A stretch of DNA of 64,000 bases from Antedon mediterranea (taxonomy: Eukaryota > Animalia > Echinodermata): assembly GCF_964355755.1 (NCBI RefSeq), contig NC_092679.1, positions 6,602,201 through 6,666,200 on the forward strand, in the 5' to 3' direction. Below the pieces are notes generated by a model. That model had not been told where the DNA came from. It made no database searches and saw only the letters and a program-made list of their open reading frames with translations. Of this stretch, positions 26,701-38,500 are shown piece after piece. How positions within the stretch are numbered: position 1 is the first letter of the stretch; every line of letters begins with the position of its first letter. The translations under genes and the position numbers were made by a program.

Positions 26701-28525
26701 TCTCTTCCTATTTATGTGTACATAAAAAAACTGTTTAGATTATTAAAGATCATAAAAAATAAAGATTTTTAAAATCAGACTTTTATTAGGCCATTTTGAA
26801 TGAATATTACAGTTTTTTAAGGTAAATATTTTTTTTGCAGATTTTTTAAGTGAATAATTAATGTGACCTTAAAATTCAATTCAACAAACAAATTAAACAA
26901 ATATTTATTCAGTGGGACAATATATCTTTAAAAGGCAAAACTGCTTTTTTTGCTTAAATGTTAAATGTGCTTTTCTTACAGGGAGTCACGAGAGAATGTC
27001 TTCTAGTCACTGTGTGTGCTGTGACATCGTAATACGAATGCCGATACCTCAGAGTTGGGTTCATATATTCCGAAAGAAGAAGAGGTTTGGACAAACTTCA
27101 GTGAAATCGGCAACAAAGAAATCCGGAAAGATAAAAAAAGGTTTTGGATTTTTAATATTCATAGTAGTTGTATCACATGATTGTGATGGTTGATTTATTT
27201 TGTCACGCCTTACCAAGCAATTTACTAACATTAGTAATATGGAGACAAAATGATATGGAATAATTCTCCAATTATTAATTTTTAAGGAAATATTTACTGT
27301 TAATACCCCGATACGTCACTGTGTTGCACTGCGGTCTAGTGAGAACCACTCTTTAGTGGCATGATAGAGAAGTAACAAATTTAAAATGTATTTTTTTTCA
27401 GGAAGCAATCACCCAAGTCTTTTAGAAACCTCAGTAGGAGTAGCCAAGTATGAACATGCTTTTGGTGCAATTGTTTGGAGAATTCCAAAACTTCCAGAGA
27501 AAAATCATTGTATGTACATTGTTCGTTTTTTTTCCATTCTGTATTATTATACAGTTTAAAGATGTATTAGGTAATAATTAATAAAATAAATAAATGTATG
27601 ATTGTAGAGCAGTGTGTTTTGGATGTTGCAGTTTGAATCCTACACTCGTCGCATTGCTTGTATCGTTGAACAAGACTCTCTACTTACGTTTGCCTCTCTC
27701 CACCCAGGTGTATAAATAGGTACCTGGTATACAGTAGGTCAAAAGCACAATTGTGTTGATTACTAGCTGCATTTATGCGAGTATGTATCCATATGTGTTT
27801 GATAAATAATGAATGGAGTAATAATGTGAAGCGTTTAGAGTGTTGTTTTAATTGTACATTAGAAATTAAAACACCACTTTATGCTAGACAATTCATTCAC
27901 TGAAAATGAAACATTAGGAGAAATTAGTTGAGGTAATGAGGTAGTTATATATATTGTACAATTTACGTATTATGTATTTTCGTACAGATCTAATTAATTA
28001 ATTAATTAGTTTACATTTTGTTTTGATGTTATGTATTAGTATTTAGAACTTTGTGGCTTATGTTATATGTAATTTTGTCTGTAAATTGGATGCACCATTA
28101 ACTGATAAATGTGTGCCACCGATATAAAGGTGATTCCTATGAATAAATAAAAATAAATAGAAGCATTGTGCAACAAGCTCTATATAAGAATGAGTATGTA
28201 TATTTTTAACAGGCTATTACTACAGTCAAGTCCTGTTTGTTTTGCAGATGGGAATTCCAATCACATTTTCATGTGCCATTTAACGATGGCAAACAGTCAG
28301 TACATACCGAAGACGTTCCAGCAGAAGGCTCACGTTGACTTTACCATGCCGCATTCCACGGCCTCAAAGACTATCATACGCTCTTTGTCAATAACCAATG
28401 AACGAGCACCAGAAAAACGTGTCCGCTACTCTGCACGTTACGAATACATGGTGAATATCGAGAACCATTATCTCGCATTAGGCGGCGAGACGGAGGATGA
28501 TCCTACAGGGTGTAGTTTGCAGTAG
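17719..28525 (+). CDS. STON2: Stonin (stonin-2/stoned B-like endocytic adaptor with stonin-homology and mu-homology domains)
   Basis: Exons 17719-18288, 19012-19096, 24287-26125, 26982-27140, 27402-27509, 28248-28525, all in phase. WVxF/WxxF motifs (WVQF, WVTF, WVAF, WQTF, WENF), three NPF, one DPF. MHD motifs FHHCV, FTPLEACKFELMRF, AKYEHAFGAIVWRI. Ends CSLQ. Confidence 0.9.
27605..27845 (+). mobile_element. tRNA-derived SINE copy in the last stonin intron
   Basis: GTTTGAATCC, CTCGTCGCATTGCTTGTATC, CTCTCCACCCAGGTGTATAAAT and AATGTGAAGCG are shared with the 46511 copy. Confidence 0.65.
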
Positions 28526-30868
28526 GATATGATACAAGCCTACATAAATATAACGTTTTATAATATGTTGTTTTATAAGCACGACTTGCTATGCAAATTT
28601 TGTTGGATTCTAACGTTTTGTGCTTTTGATATAGTGGTGTTTTGAATCTAGTCTTTCTGTTCATTATTTTGTTTTTGTGTTTTTAATTTACTGTTCATTT
28701 TAATTCTGCTATAACCCACCTCGTCTAAACTGTTGCTGTCTGTAAAGTTAGGAAAAAATGGCAATATCAGCACCATGGTCATGTTACAAGAGTTGTTAAA
28801 AAACAATATAGATTATCTAATAAAACTCCTAGAAAGTAGGAAGCCTTTTACCAGTTTTCCCCCTGACTGTGTAAAAAAATTAAACCTTTTGGTTACAATT
28901 TTATCAATTTAATATACAATATTTGGAGAGTATGGTTTTGACTCACCGTTCATAATCTTCATACAGTACTGTATATTAAACTAATTTTAATCCCGCCATT
29001 AATTTTAACTCCACCATAAATTTTACAATTAGAAATTCACTTCTATTATTGCTTTTATTTCTAATATAACTGAAAGTATTTTAAACCGCACAAGCCCCAT
29101 TTTCCCACTGTGCGTTTTATGTCCAGGTGTTGTATTGTCTGTTACATTCTTTATATTCACTCGACTTTTGAAATTTAATGTTGGAATAATAATTAATTAC
29201 TATGTATGTTTAGCACCATTTAAACTGCACAAAAGTCTTACATTGGAGAGTTATACATTTTTGCAATGACCTACAGAATATGTTATAATATAGAGATATA
29301 CATTGCAAGTCGACGGACCTAATTTGTTTTGATTTTAGGTCTACGTAATGACCATAAGTGACAATACATACTGTACATGCAATTTTTATTTTTTTTTGGT
29401 GGGGGGGGGGGGGGGTGTTAAACAGTCGTCAAATGAGAGAGTTTGACAACTTTGATAAATTCAATCAAACTGGAGGGAAGAATTGATTGTGATGTGAAAC
29501 ACTAAAAAAATAAAACTTGGGAAATTGTAGTACATAATTATTATTTTTCACACAGTATGTATGGATTTATATATTATATATATTTTTACTAGCACTTACT
29601 CATCACTCTTATTTTATGCAATAATCATTATTACTTATTTTATTAACTGTAAATAGATATTAATCGTTTTCAATAAATGCTATGGTGGTTATTTGTACAG
29701 ATAGGTGCTAATTGGTACAAATTTATTCAGAGTAAAATATGTTGTAGGTTTTGAAAATATTATTATTAACTCAAATTTTAGGTATGCACTTCAATCCAAG
29801 AGTTTTAGAATGAAAAAAAGATTTTAATATTTGTTAACAATATCCGTGTAGTTTTGTTTCATTTGTAGAAGCACTGTACAGTACAGTATTTGATGCTGCA
29901 GTAAATTATTAGTTTACTGAAGTACAAGAATTAACTGAAAACTATTAATTGAAAGCTATGACAGTAAAAGCAAGAAAAATATAGATATTTAAAACACCTT
30001 ACCTGTGATATGTTTATGGTTAAACTTTATTACAGGTAAGATGGCCAATAAAACAACTGACCCCCAGGTAAAGTCCTGTTTTCAAATTAAATTTAATATC
30101 TTAAAAAATGCAAACAAATTTTAAAATGTCAGCTTGATCTTATTGTGCAATTGTCCATTTAAACTTTGAAATAATTTTTTTGTAGCGCAACCTTGATATA
30201 ATATAGCTAGTCTCCGCATTCCAGAAAAAGAAAATATTGTAGTTCATTATATTCCAGTTTTTACATACCTCTATGTGAACATGCTAGCTAATCTCCACAT
30301 TCCAGTGTGAACCAGGAGTGTATAGAAACTAGGAGGCAATTTAACTTTACGTATGTAACCTTTTGTTATATTCATGTATATTTTGAGAATTCTGTACAAT
30401 GTTTAGCAACATTTGAGAAGGCAAACCCTTTTCACACACCCCATCCCCACTTTTCTGATTGTTTATATTTGTGTTTTATTCAGTTATGTTTTGTTTTTGC
30501 ATAGAATTTAACATGCATTAATAAAAACTATAATTTAAAAATATTGTATTTAAATAAGAACCGGTGTATATTGTAATAAAACTATGGGAGTTCATTGAGT
30601 GAAGAGTTAGATGTTGATATGACCTATGACCTACTTATTTTTTTTAATTGTAGAACATTCATTCAACTTGATTATTAAGGAATTATTAATGACTGCATTT
30701 AAATTATAATTAACATTAAAATAAAAGTGTTATCAAATTTAATTGGCTCTGTTGTTTATGCTGTTTCTCTATTTCTTTAGGTCAGGTCACAAAATAGTAG
30801 ATCTTATAGTTTTGACTGAAACAAAGGTTGAATGTTTACTTTTTACTCTGTAAAAAAATATATCTACA

Positions 30869-31091
30869 GTACATACAGTTTCAAATACTTTAAACCTCTT
30901 TATTCCAAAATTGTGTACACATTATATATTTTGTAGGCTATATAAATCACAAATCTAAACTATACATTGTGGAAAAAACATCTACATACAGTTTCGAACA
31001 TGTTAAACCTCTTTATTCCAAAATTGTGTACAAATTATATTTTGTAGGCTATATAAATCACAAATCTACACTATACAATGTGGAAAAAAAA
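30869..31091. repeat. ~113-bp tandem duplication downstream of GLRX5
   Basis: TACATACAGTTTC...AAACCTCTTTATTCCAAAATTGTGTACA...TGTGGAAAAAA occurs twice. Confidence 0.85.
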
Positions 31092-31351
31092 TTCTGTGAG
31101 TAAAATAACTTGCGTAGAATTAGAAAGGCCTAAACAAAAATATGTTAGCTATTATATTTCATATTCATTGATCTCTTATTATTATATTGTACATCAATAG
31201 CCACTGTGAAGTAGGTATAATATAACATTGTGAATATAATTGTTTTAATTCATTTTCCAAAACTGTTCACAATGAATAGTTAAACTGTAGTTGTGACTTG
31301 TGTGCCATTCATACAGTATTGTGTTAATTCAGTCTCTACTATAAACGTATG

Positions 31352-32134
31352 TTATTTCTTCTCGTCGGCTTCTTTATCTATTAATGCGGAGCGAATGCCA
31401 ATCTTCTGCAGTTCTTCTATTAACTCGCCATTTTGATGCATCTGTAGCATGATATCGCATCCTCCTAGAAATTCTCCGTCCATGTAAACTTGTGGTATTG
31501 TGGGCCACTCGGAATAATCCTTGATACCTTGACAAATAAAAAAGATTTTGCAAGTAAAATAACTTTTTAAATAATGTACTGTAGTATTCAGTAAGGTTTG
31601 TTAACATGCAATACTAATTGTATCTACATTTTACATTATTACTATTTTATAATATAAGATACAGTAATTAAAAAATCCAAAGAGGTTACAAAATGCATTC
31701 CAACATGACGACCCCCATCCTTCTCTCTCTGAATACCAGTACAAACAATGTGATGTCTGCTTTCTTAATTTTACTTAGGCCCAGGGTGGGGAGAGGTATT
31801 AATTTTACACATTCCTGCTAATATATATTATTAAGCTATAACAATACGTTTTGCCATTTATTGTGTTACCAATACCTTGTCGTAAATCGTCATCATCCAA
31901 AACATTATGACTTGCAAAGTTCACATTGTGCATTTTGAGGATCTGTACAACAGCATTGCTGAACCCACACATCGGCTGCTCTTGATCACCCTTCATAAAA
32001 ACGACGACTTTATTGTCTTTAACTAAAGATTCTATGTTTTCTTTAGAACCTGCGTTTGCAGAAAATAATCTAAATGCTGACAAACGTGGTAAAGTTTGTC
32101 TTAAAAGCGGTGATATACGATAAATTGAGTTCAT
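31352..32134 (-). CDS. GLRX5: Mitochondrial monothiol glutaredoxin-5
   Basis: Exon 32134-31876 has an Arg/Ser/Leu-rich presequence and VVVFMKG..PMCGFS. Exon 31527-31352 has [26 protein letters not shown]. Phase-1 intron. Confidence 0.95.
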
Positions 32135-32547
32135 TTTGTACCGTATATTTCTGAGTAGTACTTTCTAGGCCTAAGTTGTTTTTAATGTTTAACCTTTGAC
32201 ATGGATATAGGCCCTATGGTGATTGTTTTAGAAACATGTAGAAATGTATTTATAAATAATTTGTAATACTTATTTTATTAGATTAATATTCAAAACTAAT
32301 CAAGATATTATTTATTAGCTTTAGTATTTTATTCATAATTATCTGTTTAGTAAAAATGTGTTAAATGTTTTCTTTTTATCAAGGAAACGTCTGGCACTGA
32401 AGACTAGAGCCAACACGACACGTATGGATAGGCAAGACTAGAGCCAACACGACACTTGTCTTGTTTACCTTTTTTCGCCGGTCGTCTTCTTTATTTAGGC
32501 CTAGCCTGAAATTGTGTCACTTTACTGTGTGCTGTTTGAGGACAGAA
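32135..32547. promoter_or_regulatory. Probable bidirectional promoter of GLRX5 and the ankyrin-GH20 gene
   Basis: Divergent ATGs are 413 bp apart. A perfect 22-bp direct repeat AAGACTAGAGCCAACACGACAC lies at 32400 and 32434. Confidence 0.6.
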
Positions 32548-35500
32548 ATGCAAGAAGCTGTAGAAACATTGCGTACAGCCGTGGCAAATGGAAGAACTGA
32601 TATAGTTAGATCGCTGATTCATGCTGCGAGCGAATGTGAGTCCGTTTGCTTTTGCTTTGTCGCCTGAGCTGAGACGAGGTGAAGAAGAAGGGGGCAATGG
32701 CAGTTTGCCCAGCATGGTCGATTCGTCCCACAAATATATTATTTTTTAGTATTGAATACAGTATTCAATGTAAAATTTTATTAATACACGTTTAAAGTAC
32801 GGAACTGTACGACGAAAAAACAATTGGTTTAAAATTTCATAAAGTTGTCTTTTCCTTTTATTTGTTTGATGAATTTCAAAGGCTGTCCTGTAGATTGTAG
32901 AAAAATATTTACTAGCTATTAATTTATTTCTATTTTTAGGTGAAGAAAAAGATGAAGGTGCTATCAAAGTATTAGATGTTTTAAATTCAAACTTTGTTGG
33001 TGAAGGAACTGTACTACACCAAGCTTGCAAGGTTTACAATCTGGATATTTTAAGGACTTTTAAATAAAGTTTGGAAAAAAAATTAAGTCTGTAGATATTA
33101 TCCTATTAGAAAATTTGTTCGTACATTTGTTCGTTTATACATTATCACTGCATTGTATTATGATTATCAACTACATTTAAAAACTTCATCTGGGTGGGTT
33201 TCATTTCTACTATATTATTTGTAATTACCTTCAGCAAAATTTATTTATTTTTCCTCCTTCCTACTATAGGATGGACAAGCTGATATTGTTCGTACTCTCT
33301 TAATGTTTGGAAGCGACCCAACAATTAAAGATGACCAAGATAGACTGGCCTTTGACCTCGTTGATACACCCAATGTCAGAGCAGCATTCAATGATGCATT
33401 TTTTCAGGCCGTTGGACAAAATAGGTGAAAAAGCTAACAGTTTTTGTCCTTTATTTAGAGTTAGTTATAAATATATTTTTAATCCATTCTATAGAATATT
33501 TAATATTATATAATAAATAATATAAAGTATTATTTTTTGTTTTGTAAATTTACATGTTTACTTTTATTCATTTATTCATTTCCTTATTTCGGATAGTACA
33601 TCCATATACAAATTATACAAAAACAAAAAAAGAAACAATTTCAGTAGGAATAAGCCAAATAGCAACCCTAACCCACAAAACCAACCTACAATATCCTAAA
33701 ATATCAATTTGCACCAACGCTAATGCGGGTTGTATTGTGGAAGTATGTTAACTATGGTTTAATCAGACTGTCATGAATTCCGTTCATGTTCTGTTTATGT
33801 CTTGTTAATAATTACCTACTAGCAGATGCTTATAAATAATAAAAAAAGTGTGTTTTTGTTTACTAGGTATACACTTGTTTGTAACCTAATAGACTGTGGA
33901 CTGTCATTGGACACTGTAGACACAGAGGGTAGTGGCAACACACTTCTACACTGGGCAACATCATATAGTAATCTGAAAATGGTCAAGTGTTTACTAGGCA
34001 AAGTGCTTTTATTTTGTTATTGTTCAATCAAGTTAAATGTCCCCCGCCCCCTCTTTCTCTTGAATCGATGGTGACGTTGGTACATGACCATATCATACAT
34101 GCCAACATCTGAAGTTAAAAAAACGGCAGGTGGTATTTTTTTAGATCAACAGTGCCCTTTATCTAATATCAAGAGGTAAGGAGTACAGTGTGTGACGTCA
34201 CAAGTGGTATTGCGTGGTGGCTATGTGAGGGGAATCCCCCTTCCATTGAGGAAAAAATTAGGACCACAGATGGTTTGTACAATGGCTTAAATATGGTAAA
34301 TTTTCTTGTGTGTTAGCCTTTTGTTATATGCAGAAAATGACACATACATAAAAATTGAGTTATTTTTGTAATCCGGGAGAAAATGTGGAAAAAATCGGGA
34401 GCACAATATTAGTCCTCAAGTCTAAAATACGCAAGTCTGCCATATTACAGATGTTTGTGTGTATTAAATATTTAATTTCTTTAACCAAACAAGCCAACCA
34501 TCATGAGTGTATCAGATTACTTAAATGTAAATTAAAATTATAATATCCTTTGTTATGATATATGAATTGTTTAATTAGACAGGAAAATACTAGTATTGTC
34601 AGCTGTGAATTGTATGGAGTATTTCTTTCATCTATTTGCTAAGTTTGTAATACAAGTGTTCAATGGAACCAACAGACCACTAGCCTTCATACGTAGTATA
34701 GAATACAGTACAATTACTTAAAGATGTACTGTCACCCTGAAAAAATAATTCTTAAACAATTTTTGGTTGAATATGCCATTTTGATGTCACATAATAGTTA
34801 TCCACTTTGACCAAAAATTGGATTAAAAAAATATGTATTTACCTGTAAAAATGTAATTTAAAGAAAAAATAGTCAAATTGGCTGCCAGACAATGGATTTT
34901 TGGTTGAATTTAACCATTTTTTATGTTATTTTATAGGTAAAACATTTTTTTTCTATGGGTATGATTAAATTTATTAAAACTATGAAATAAGTCTTCATTT
35001 TTCATGTTTTTGGAGACAATACACCTTTAAGAGTAGCACAAAACCAATTAACTTTAGCCTCCTGACGACAAAATAGCAGTTAAATATTAACATTATTTAT
35101 CATATTTTAAATTATAGACCATGGTATAGCTGTCAACCACGTGAACAAAGATGGTACTGTTCCCTTACATGATGCGGTGTTGCGTAAAGAGGTCGATATT
35201 ATACGAGAGTTGATTCTGTTTGGTGCCAACCCTCAAATACGAGCCAAAACTGGGTAAGATAATCATTTGTTTATTTCGTCAACATGTCTTAATTTAAACT
35301 ACTAGTCCATAGAATATATTACTCCGGTACCACATCCTAGATTATATACAAAACCCGCACACATGTGTATTTGTTGTTCAGTCAAAATTTATAATTATGC
35401 AAAAATAATTTTTTAAAGTACTGTCAACTCTCCCAATACCGTGCCCTCTGAAAAACAGAAACTCTCCCAATACCAGACTTTTCTTGAAGTTCAAACAGTC

Positions 35501-38500
35501 CCAAATTTATTTTTACGATTAAAACCATATCAATACCATTCAGTCAGCCCAAAGGTGTCCGGTATTGAGAGAGTTGACTGTATTATAATAACAGTTTTAA
35601 ACAGTTACAGTACTCGAAAGCCACAATAATTCTGGCTATGGTTTTAACCGTGACATTAGCTGCATGCTTTTTTATTTTATTTACACGTCAACTAACGATC
35701 AAATAACAGTTTTCGCAACTTTTACAAAGTATTTAAAAACTACAACAATTTTTCAATAAGCATACACATCATACAACGTACATACAAACACATTTTTCAA
35801 AACTTTCTATTATTTAAAAGTCGAAGATAGTCAGGTCACGGGTCCATTCTATTGTCGCCACAGATTGACTTCTTCATCAGTACTTCCATGGAGTCCATGG
35901 TACTTCTATGAATGGATGATTAGGTGGGAACACGAACGCTAGTTGATCATACCCAGTACCGTTTTGATCATGCGATCATTCGGGAAACCACCTCACAACA
36001 TTGTGATATATACCTAGACAAATAACAGAAATAGACCAGTCAATGAAAAGTACTTAAACAAGTCATGCCTCAATGACTTTAGCTCAATAACTGTGCTTTC
36101 AAGTTACACAATACAGGTTCTAAGAATACAATAGCCAGGTATACATTTAAATAGGTATAATGACCTCACCTTGACTTAATACCTGTGCTTTAATAACAAT
36201 AGTAGTTGTTTGTGCATTATTTGTGGTATGAACCCAAGCCATATGGTAACTGCTTGTATGGTATACTGCTTAGATTGTTCTTACTAGTAGGACACACCTT
36301 AATTCATTTCTTTCTTCAAAATGAGGTAATTTATGGCTACATTTATGTTGATATATGCTTTTTTAAGTTGGATGCATTTGCATTCTTAGCTCACCGTGGA
36401 ATTAGGAAACATAGTTTTAAAAAGGCTGACCAGGGTGTTTGTTAAAATTCTTTTAAGGGCTAATACATTATTGAAAGCAGGTAGTAACATCGATATGTGG
36501 CTCTGTTCATCTGTGATGCGGGGGGTTCAATTTGCTCATCAAACTTCACTTTTATTTAATAATTTTGAGCAATTGTATGTCAACATGAATTTCATTTTTT
36601 ACAAATAAAATGAACTACAAACAGATTCCCTACAAATTTATAACACTATAATAGATTATTTCACTGTTCACTGTATTATAGTTATACAGTTTAATAAAAT
36701 ATGCTAGCAGGATTTTTTTATCTGTTATTAACAAAACACTTGGCATGACAAAATGGTATCAATAATTGGATGGTCTACTAAACACCTCACACTGCCACTA
36801 CAATTCTGTACACAGATAAAGAAATAAATGTGTACATTTCGGAACGTGCACTTGCGTTTTTTGGTTGAATTGGCCAACTGTCCAGGTTGATTTTCAAGTC
36901 TCCGTCCACACTATCAAACTAGTTTGACAAAAAAATGGGTGATGTGCCCAAATACGGTGGTGATATGCCCAAATATGGTAAGTGATATGTCCATAAATGG
37001 GCACACCACATTTTTTTGTCACAAAAGTTTGATAGTGTAGACAAAGCTTTAAGTAATTTTTATTCATTTTTACAGTCAATTCGAAGGCAAGTCACCTTTA
37101 GATGTTGCAGGTGACAATGAGATTTTACTAAATGCCCTGAAAAATGGACTTCTGAATGGACACATTGAAAATGAAAGTAAGACTGAGTTACATTTCATTG
37201 AATAGTTATGTTCTCTAAAGCCTTGCCTACACTATCAAACTTTATGTGACAACAAAATGTGGTGTGCCCATTTATGGACATATCACTTACCATATTTGGG
37301 CATATCACCACCGTATTTGGGCACATCTGGACATGATGATGTCATATCACTACCATATTTAAGCATATCACTACCATATTTGGGCACGTCACACTAGTTT
37401 GATAGTGTAGACAAAGACAAGCACCAACACATGTAATCGTACACTAACAATGTTTATTGCTACCATACTTAATCAAAGATTTTTTATTTTTTGTTTATTT
37501 TAACCATATTTAATGAGGGTGATCATCCAGCATTTGCTGGTCATTTGGGACCCTCAGAACAGATACAATATACAAAATACAACAAAACAGAAAAGTAAAA
37601 AAAAAACAAAAACCAAAAAATAAAATTAATTACATAAGACTAAAAATCTGAATAAGAAAATGTGAAATATAAAAAATAACTGAAATGTTAAATTAAGCAA
37701 AAATATATAATATATATAATAGGACAACGTAACAAAAAAAGATCAAAGATAACTGGACAATCTGCTGACCCATATATATTCTTATTTTTGTTATTATTTA
37801 GAAATTGAAGAAAGTTTTAATGCAGATTATGACCTGACCAAGAAACGTACTGCAGAAAAAAAAGATGAGAGCAAAAATAAGCAGACGAAAGCGCCTGCTG
37901 TAGCAGCAACAGCTGAGGTGTTGATTTCGCCAGAAGATACATCAATTGATGCAGTAAGTTTGGCCCTCCTATTGGCAAATTTATTATTATTATTTGGCTG
38001 TGGTTTTAAAATAAAGAATTGCTATTTTTTGTAACCATTAAAGGGCCAACTGAGACAAGTTTACTTCTAGGTTGGTCCTTATTTTATGCTCTGTATTATT
38101 TGTATGGCATTTACTAAAATAAATGTTTGTTGAATTGAATTGAATCAGACTATACAAACTAGTACACATTGTGACCCCCTATGTGTCTAAAAAAATGTAC
38201 TGGGTTTTCAGAGAAAGATTCATGAGTTTTTCAAAGCGACAGAGCTCTAATGATGTTAAATTAGATATTAAAAATGTCATTATTTCATTTTAGCTTTCAA
38301 AAGTGGGAAGAGCACTTCCCTCCCTGGATCTGGCCTGGTTTTCAGACCTGCTATGGATGTTACCTAGCCACCAGTAATTCCCATTAATGCCTGGGTTAAT
38401 AATAACCGATTGCGTTAGTTTTTCTCCCTTATTTATAGTGTGGTATCTCTTATTATTTAGTTGTCGGAGTCATTTTCAAAGCCCATGTTTCAACAACCTG

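Noticed and set aside
26200-26720. Possible decayed LINE sequence in a stonin intron
   Set aside because: No convincing RT motif could be read by eye.
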